A stretch of DNA of 64,000 nt from Felis catus (lineage: Eukaryota), in assembly GCF_018350175.1 (NCBI RefSeq), contig NC_058368.1, positions 72,170,001 through 72,234,000 of the forward strand. The letters are read 5' to 3'. A program made the position numbers and the translations under genes. Below the pieces are notes generated by a model that searched no databases, was not told where the DNA came from, and was given only the letters and a program-made list of their open reading frames with translations. Shown piece by piece: positions 56,715 to 64,000 of this stretch (within the stretch, counting starts at the first letter, position 1; each line of letters starts with the position of its first letter).

Positions 56715-57170
56715 AGCCTGTGTGGCAGAGCCTGAAGTTGAACCTACCTCCTGCATCCACAACCTTGGTAGCGCCCTCCCACTCTGACTCTGGACTTAGC
56801 CATGTGACTTGGTTTGTTAGTAGGACAACAGCAAAGGTGACATGAACAGAGACTTAGAAAATAGCTGTGGGTTGAGACTTACTCTCGCAGCTCCTCACGC
56901 TCTCCAGGCAGGCCTGTTGCATGGTGGTCATGGGCCCTGTCTTCCCCTTTGCCCCAAAAGTCTGCTGCGCCCCAGAAGCAGAGATGCTAGCTCATGAGTT
57001 AGCTGGGGGTGCTGGCTGACTGCAGACACAAGATGAGCCTGGCTTTGACCAGCCGAGAGCTCAGACTAGCAGCTGAGCCACAAATTTGTGAGCAAAAATT
57101 AGTGTCTGTTTTATAAGCCATTAAGTTTTTAGGGGTGGCTTGTTGTTTAGCAAAAGCCAACTAATACACC
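56715..57170. mobile_element. Old MaLR LTR (MLT1-like)
   Basis: Strings ggacttagccatgtgacttg and ttttataagccattaagtttttagggg..gcaaaagccaactaataca. Confidence 0.65.
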
Positions 57171-57412
57171 CATCAAGCCTGTTGCCTCAGGCACAGAGCT
57201 AGTGACATTACTTAGTCTATTAGCATCGAAGTGGGGCCAATACGAGTGGTTCTCATTGCTGGAATAGAAATGAGTCATTTTGAAAAGGGCAATCAAGAAA
57301 GCGTGTGGCTTCTTCAAACTCTCTCTGTCTTCCCCCCTATAGTGACCTTGGAAACTAGGTGCTTCAGATGGGATTACCAAAAATTTTACCATATACATAT
57401 GTATTTATATAC

Positions 57413-57415
<3 letters not shown>

Positions 57416-57453
<38 letters not shown>
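57416..57453. repeat. (TA)n microsatellite
   Basis: Read directly. Confidence 0.95.
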
Positions 57454-57455
<2 letters not shown>

Positions 57456-57757
57456 ATGTCATGTTGTTAATTTGAAATTGGACATAGTGGGAACAGGTAA
57501 CACCATGGAAAATAGCGAATGCTACCAATCCGGACTCTCCCACTTCAAGATGCCTGTTAAACATTTTAAACATTTGCAAGCACACCACTGCCCCTACGCC
57601 AAGCTGCCCGAGCCCTCTGGCACCTCCTCATTGCTCTAGGCTGGAAGGGATATATATTGTGTCATTTTGATACTTAGAGACTCAGCATGACCCATAATGC
57701 CAAGGGCACTCACATATACCCTCTCACTCTTGATCCTATTAAGATGTATCAATGCAT

Positions 57758-57983
57758 GGGGCGCCTGGGTGGCGCAGTCGGTTAAGCGTCCGACCTCAGC
57801 CAGGTCACGATCTCGCGGTCCGTGAGTTCGAGCCCCGCGTCGGGCTCTGGGCTGATGGCTCAGAGCCTGGAGCCTGTTTCCGATTCTGTGTCTCCCTCTC
57901 TCTCTGCCCCTCCCCCGTTCATGCTCTGTCTCTCTCTGTCCCAAAAATAAATAACGTTGAAAAAAAAAATTAAAAAAAAAAAA
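57758..57983 (+). mobile_element. CAN-SINE (young subfamily)
   Basis: Perfect TSD aagatgtatcaatgca at 57741-57756 and 57984-57999; CpGs retained. Confidence 0.96.
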
Positions 57984-58619
57984 AAGATGTATCAATGCAA
58001 GGTAAGTAAAACAAATTAGGACACTTAAGTTCAAGTAATATAATCTTGTTTCAAGTAATACAATTGTCTATTTGCATATTCCAAGGAGCTGCACCATTCT
58101 CTCCTGGGCACAACAGGACCCGGGGTAATGACCGGCTGGGGAGGTACCACACATATTCCAGCAATAAGCCTCCATCAGTGATGGTCACCTGGGCCATTCC
58201 TTCCTCACAGTCCTCTGATTCTGACTCGCAGCCAATTGTAAGTGCAATGCGAGTGCAGAAACTAACATTTTCTAATTTCTCACGAGTGCTACACAGGCCA
58301 TATAGTTACTACACAAGTCTCACCAGATGTGACAAAAGGTGCTTAGCCATCAGTAGGGTTGTGAATTTCTCTTTGTCTTCATGAGTACTCTAGTGAGAAG
58401 TTAGGAAGGTCCACAAAAGGGCCGCTAGATAGGGGACACTTAAACTATGATGATTTTAAGTTCTTTGGGCACTTTCATTGACATTCCCATAGCTAATTAA
58501 AATGTCTATATGTAGAATCACTTGAAATTTACTTGTATATGTTTACTTTTATTTTTAGTATTAAATGGTGGGTAAATGAACATAAAACTTTTGTTTTAAA
58601 TTCAAAATGGAAACCACAA

Positions 58620-58827
58620 GGGGCTCCTGGGTGGCTCAGTTGGTTAAGCGTCTGACTTTGGCTCAGGTCATGATCTCGCGGTCTGTGAGTTCGAACCCCG
58701 CGTCGGGCTCTGTGCTGACAGCTCAGAGCCTGGAGCCTGTTTCAGATTCTGTGTCTCCCTCTCTCTCTGACCCTCCCTCGTTCAAGCTCTGTCTCTCTCT
58801 GTCTCAAAAATAAAAATAAACGTTAAA
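58620..58827 (+). mobile_element. CAN-SINE
   Basis: Perfect TSD aaaatggaaaccacaa at 58604-58619 and 58828-58843. Confidence 0.96.
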
Positions 58828-59809
58828 AAAATGGAAACCACAAATTCAACAATGAATTTAAATAGTGGTCATGTTAAATAAACTGCAGATTTAACACAGT
58901 GAAGGGCTTAGGTTGGTACATTTGATGAATGCAGAATTAAACAAATATTTTTGAGCTATACGGTATCTTGAAGTGGGAGATTCATTTTGAGATATCTAAA
59001 TTATTTAGGGAAGAGGGAAAAACAAATTTGAGGGATTGAAAAAATACTAAAGAATTATACCAACTATGAAATGACAAGTTTTTTTTACTCTATCCAAACC
59101 TGTCGCCAGCTGTAGGGTAAAGAAGGATCACAGGGCTCCTTCAAACCCTTCAACTGCACTAATTGTGCTGAACACTGAGAAAATGCATAGCAATTTAAAA
59201 TCCCAACTGAAGACCTTAAGGACAGGACTGGACGGTTGCTTATTTAACCCCAGAAATCAAGACTCAGAAGAAGAACAACGTATCCTTCATTTCTTCTAAA
59301 AGTGACAATGTAACAAATATATGATGGAAAATTGTCTCTAAAGACTGTATTATGAATGCCTGGCATAAGTTAGTAAAGGTCTCCCGATTAATATAAATGT
59401 AAATACCGAAGAATCATGGGACTTATTCAAACTGGAAGATGAAAATATACAACAATATAGGAATTTAGTTTGGAATAATCTGAAACACAAATAATTTTAA
59501 AGATGTTTTGAATATTTCTTTCTTCCAGTGAGGCTCAAAAATCAAAGAGGCAAAACCATTGGGTCAACAGAAGGAAAATAAGTAAAAATAGTATTAATGA
59601 TTTTATCTTATTTTTTATTATGTCTGGTCTCTATTCTGGATATGATTATTATTTGAAGTACATCTATAGTCTATTTATGTATGTAAATATTAGGATATCT
59701 ACTTAAATATATATAAAATATTTAGAATTGAAAATCTGCACAATTGCCTCCCCTCTTTAGTTAATTTGTCTATAACTGATTTCAAGACTATAATCAGACT
59801 CTCAATTAA

Positions 59810-60012
59810 ATTCTTTAAATGTTTTATTTATTTTGAGAGAGAGAAGGAGAGGGAGCAAGCAGCAGAGGGGCAGAGAGAGTGGGAGGGGGAATCATAGGCA
59901 GGTCACACAATGTCAATGCAGAGCCTGATGCAGGGCTTGGTCCCACGAACCATGAGATCGTGACCTGAGCCGAGATCAAGAGTCTTAACCCAATGGGCCA
60001 CTCAGGCACCCC
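59810..60012 (-). mobile_element. CAN-SINE (older, diverged)
   Basis: TSD ctctcaattaa. Confidence 0.88.
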
Positions 60013-61988
60013 TCTCTCAATTAACTTCTGAGCTACCTTCTTTTACCTTTTGTTTGTGCTGTTTTGCCTTTAGCTATTTTATTCTCCCTATTTTAATTCT
60101 CATTCCAGGTTCTTAAAGAATAATTTTTTATTCCTTTCTTTCTCCCAAAACTTGCCTTCCAAGCCCGGTGTTTTATGTTCTCCTGTTAGAACTGAAGGTG
60201 ATCCTGTGTGTGCACATGCCAGGATTTGGGAGAGATGTCACTAGCATCTGCCTAACGGGGGAGTAAGAATATGTAAGGCCGTGTAGCTCTGTGCATGAAA
60301 GCACCTCTATTTGTACACTCACATATAATCCCCCAAATATGTGCCTAACGCTTATCATGTGAGAGCTGTGCTGGAGGAAGCTGGAAGTCGAGAAGAAAGT
60401 GACCAAACTTTAATTGAGGAGTCAGAGATCACTGCATTGAGGAAGTCTTGTTTGACCTGATTTTGAAGGTAGGGGCATTCGACTGGGGTGGAGGGGATGA
60501 TTCAAAGAAATTCAAAACGGAATTAATGATAGATTGAAGATAAGTTGGATTTGGGGAGGATGATGAGGGTGCATCACAGGTTCTGGAGATGCAAGAAAAG
60601 TCCCGTTTATAGAAGGGAATGGGTCAGGGCACGGTGTGTTTGGTTTTTCAAAATGAGAGGGGTAATGTGCTCATGAGAATAAGCAGGGGCATGTCCGTTG
60701 GGCTCTCAGAGTTCACTCCTAAGATGCAGACACAGGGCTGGAGCAAGGCTGTGAAGGCACTGGCTTGCAGGTGTGCATGAGAACAGGCTGCCCGGAAGTG
60801 CACAGAGCGTGCTCACAGCAATGACAGTCATTTCTACGACCTTGTGACCACAGCATCCCACACGCTGGCTAGGCACTTTACGTACGACATTTGTAATTCT
60901 TATAAAACCCTCAGAGCTGGTATTAGCCCCATTTTTCAGGTCAGGGAGTGAAGGCTCCGGGAGATGCAGTAAACTGCCCCAGGTTCCCCCCGGGCCCGTC
61001 TCAGCAGGACCACACTGTCTTGTCACCTTGGTCTATAAGTAGAGCAGAGGTTTGCTTGTGGATGGAAGCTACATTCTCCTGGGTTCAATCATTCTTGAGA
61101 TTGTCTGCCAGTTTCCGGAAAGGTTCATTAAGAAGACAGACATCTGAGAAGTGCCTAGGATGTCACTTCATCACTTGAAATACACACATCACACGGTCTA
61201 CCCTCTCCCCCCACACTCTTTGCCTTCAATGGAAATTTTCTCAAAAAGCATTAAAACACTAGAGTAATAATTTTGCCACCATTTGACCTACTTATGGTAA
61301 GACCTATTATCTCTGTTCTTTACGGACGGAGGCACACGATGCTACCAGAGAGAAAGTGAGCTTGAGCATGTCAGGTCTCATGCATACTTTCTTGTTCTTG
61401 TCAGTGACTTCCTTCATGGGAATAGATCACTGGGTGTGTTTTGGAAGATGGCTCAACTGTGCAGCCACATCTGTCAAATTGTCAGGAGATGAAAACCCCT
61501 ACCTGAGAGGCAGGGGAAAAACGGCTTGTCAGTGCAGCAGCTGAGGACTGAGGCTCCAATTTAACAGAACTTTTAATCATGCATTAGAGTGACCCCTTCA
61601 TGTAGCTGTTGCCTATGCTAGAATGGAATTTAAACAGCTAAGCGACTGGCTGATGTTAAAAGGGTCTATTAAAAGTTTTCACTTTTCTGAGATGCACCAT
61701 TAAGGACACACTGAAGAAACTTCCTAAATGGTTTTGGTAATAACCACGTAATGAAACTGCACTATTGCCTGAAGAGGGTGAGAGGTGTGCATTCACAGGC
61801 AAGCCCTAATATTTTAGCTGTATCTTTCTAACATTTCAATGTCTTCTCAGAAGTGATGCAGAATTGCACAGAATTTCTGGGAATCATTTGAAAAAAAAAA
61901 AGCAACAAACAAATGGGCATATCTACTAGATGAATAAGAAATCAACACAAAATATTAGTAGCCTATGACTATATATAAAAAACGCTCT

Positions 61989-62215
61989 GGGGGCGCCTGG
62001 GTGGCGCAGTCGGTTAAGCGTCCGACTTCAGCCAGGTCACGATCTCGCGGTCCGTGAGTTCGACCCCGCGTCGGGCTCTGGGCTGATGGCTCAGAGCCTG
62101 GAGCCTGTTTCCGATTCTGTGTCTCCCTCTCTCTCTGACCCTCCCCCGTTCATGCTCTGTCTCTCTCTGTCCCAAAAATAAATAAACGCTGAAAAAAAAA
62201 ATTAAAAAAAAAAAC
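61989..62215 (+). mobile_element. CAN-SINE (young), inserted directly ahead of an older SINE
   Basis: Flanked by aacgctct(ggg) repeats. Confidence 0.95.
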
Positions 62216-62223
62216 AACGCTCT

Positions 62224-62440
62224 GGGCACCTGGGTGGCACAGTTGGTTAGGCGTCCGACTTGTGTTCAGGTCATGATCTCGTAGTTCCTGGGCTCGAGCT
62301 CCACGTTGGGCTCTGTGCTGACAGCTCAGAGCCTGGAGTCTGCTTTGGATTCTGTGTCTCTTTCTCCCTCTCTGCCCCTCCCCTGCTCATGCTCTGTCCC
62401 TCTCTTTCTCAAAAATTAATACACATTAAAAAATTGTAAA
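62224..62440 (+). mobile_element. CAN-SINE (older member of the tandem pair)
   Basis: Typical body; followed by aaaaaatgctc, matching upstream aaaaaacgctc. Confidence 0.93.
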
Positions 62441-64000
62441 AAATGCTCAACATTCACAGGCTGTAATCAGGGAGATCTAAATTTAATGTTCTATCTTCAC
62501 ACCATCAGGTGTAAAAGTCCAGTAACATCAATTGTAGACAAGGATGAGAAATGAGATTTCTGACAAGTTGCTGATAGGAGTAAAAAGTGGCACTAGAATC
62601 CAGGGGGCCATGAGGCAATATCTCATAAAGCCTAAGGTTCTTCCTTTACTCCAGCAACTGCTCTCCTAACTATGTACACTCAGATACTTCTCACATATGT
62701 GCACAAAAAGTCATAGGCAGTGAACTAGAATGTGTGCAAGAGAAAAACAGTGAAAAATGTCCATCAATAGGAGAATGAATGAATGGATGAATGAACAAAT
62801 TGCAGTGTATTTTTATAGCAGGATAATTCCCCATGTGAAAATGAAGTGGTTAAAAATATGAGGTAGATTGTGCAGGACAAAGTCCCTGGTCAGCAACCAG
62901 CTATGTGGCTTGCACCAAATGACTTAAGCTTTCTGCGCCTCGATGTCATTTGTTCAATAGATGTCATGATAGTACCTACCTCTGTGGCATTGTTTTGAGT
63001 ATGAAATAATTTCACACCTCAAACACACAGCATGGCTGACACATAGGGAGTGGTCCATAAATGAGAGTTGTTATTATTTCTAATGGTGGATACTTAACTA
63101 CTCTTCCTATCTGTGTTTTTATATGACTTCATAATAATTTTTATGCAAGGAAGTGATTGAGTATGGTATTACGAAATGGCTCCAATTCACAAATTATTCA
63201 CTTGCAAATACATGGAACCCAGGTGGTGTTTCTTCAAAGAAACTATCTTATACAGAGTGATTTGAACATCAGGCCAGACCACTAACAGTCTATTTAGCCC
63301 TTAAATGACTTCTCAAATCCTGTGAGACTTAAAAGTTTACTAGTGAAACTACCTGTGGGTAATACTACCAGGTAGGTAAACTACCTCTGAGGTCAAGCCC
63401 TACTACTCACATGGCCAAAAAGATAGGTCCCTTCTCCACCAGCTCCATGAAGCTCACGGTGGTAATGAGTAGTGGCTCTTGTAGGTGGAGGTGAGACAAG
63501 GTTTTCAGAGGGAATGAAGGAGGGAAAATTACTTTGGGTTCCTACTGTGGGAAAACTTGGCTTAAGTGGACTTGCTGCTTTCATTCCATTCCCATGACCT
63601 ACTGCCTCTGGCCAATTGCCCATTTTGGGTGGCCAACTAGGAAACGAAGGTCTCCCTGCTTCATGTTCATCTTTGGATGTTTTCCAGTGAGTCTCTTCAG
63701 AGCTCTTGAATGAGAAGTCACCAAACTCAGCTGTAAGCAGCCAAATTTTGGCACTGTGCAAGAAACAGAATAAAACCAGTCTTTGGGGAGAAAATAGAGG
63801 CAGGATGCACAGACAGAAGCAAAGATGCAAAACTGTGTGGCCTCCAACAGAGAGTGAGAGAAAGACAAAGAAAGTACAGCTGCCTGGTGGGCCTGATTAT
63901 ATGCAAATGCCCCCTGTGAGCATCACGTCTGTTCCTTGCAACTAAACAATTCTTGAGTAGGACATAAATAGTCACTTAATCCTCATGACTGAGGAAGGAG

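Larger units (their letters stand above)
61880..62860 (+). mobile_element. Ancient L1M 3' fragment hosting the tandem SINE pair
   Basis: Strings ttgctgataggagtaaaaagtgg and aaatgtccatcaataggagaatgaat. Confidence 0.6.

Overview
Mammalian (felid/feliform carnivore) genomic DNA, identified by about 25 cat-type CAN-SINEs and a cat-type L1. The whole window lies inside the NALCN sodium leak channel gene on the minus strand. Three phase-0 coding exons with canonical AG/GT boundaries (44911-45042, 28077-28244, 21405-21596; probably exons 11-13 by human numbering) encode domain II from S1 to the start of the pore loop. The rest is intron filled with retroelements: a full-length young L1 with 15-bp TSDs (47984-54024; intact ORF1, disabled ORF2), an older rearranged L1 (about 29178-32875), CAN-SINEs, and degraded L1M, L2, MIR, MaLR LTR and hAT copies. 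I see no evidence for a novel multi-gene system. The most notable observations are two long perfect palindromes, close inverted SINE pairs (possible dsRNA editing or circRNA substrates), a possible L1 antisense-promoter route into an ATG-bearing exon, a candidate poison exon, a target site reused by two SINEs, and three apparent amino-acid changes clustered in one exon. Old-repeat family names and boundaries were assigned by eye and are approximate.
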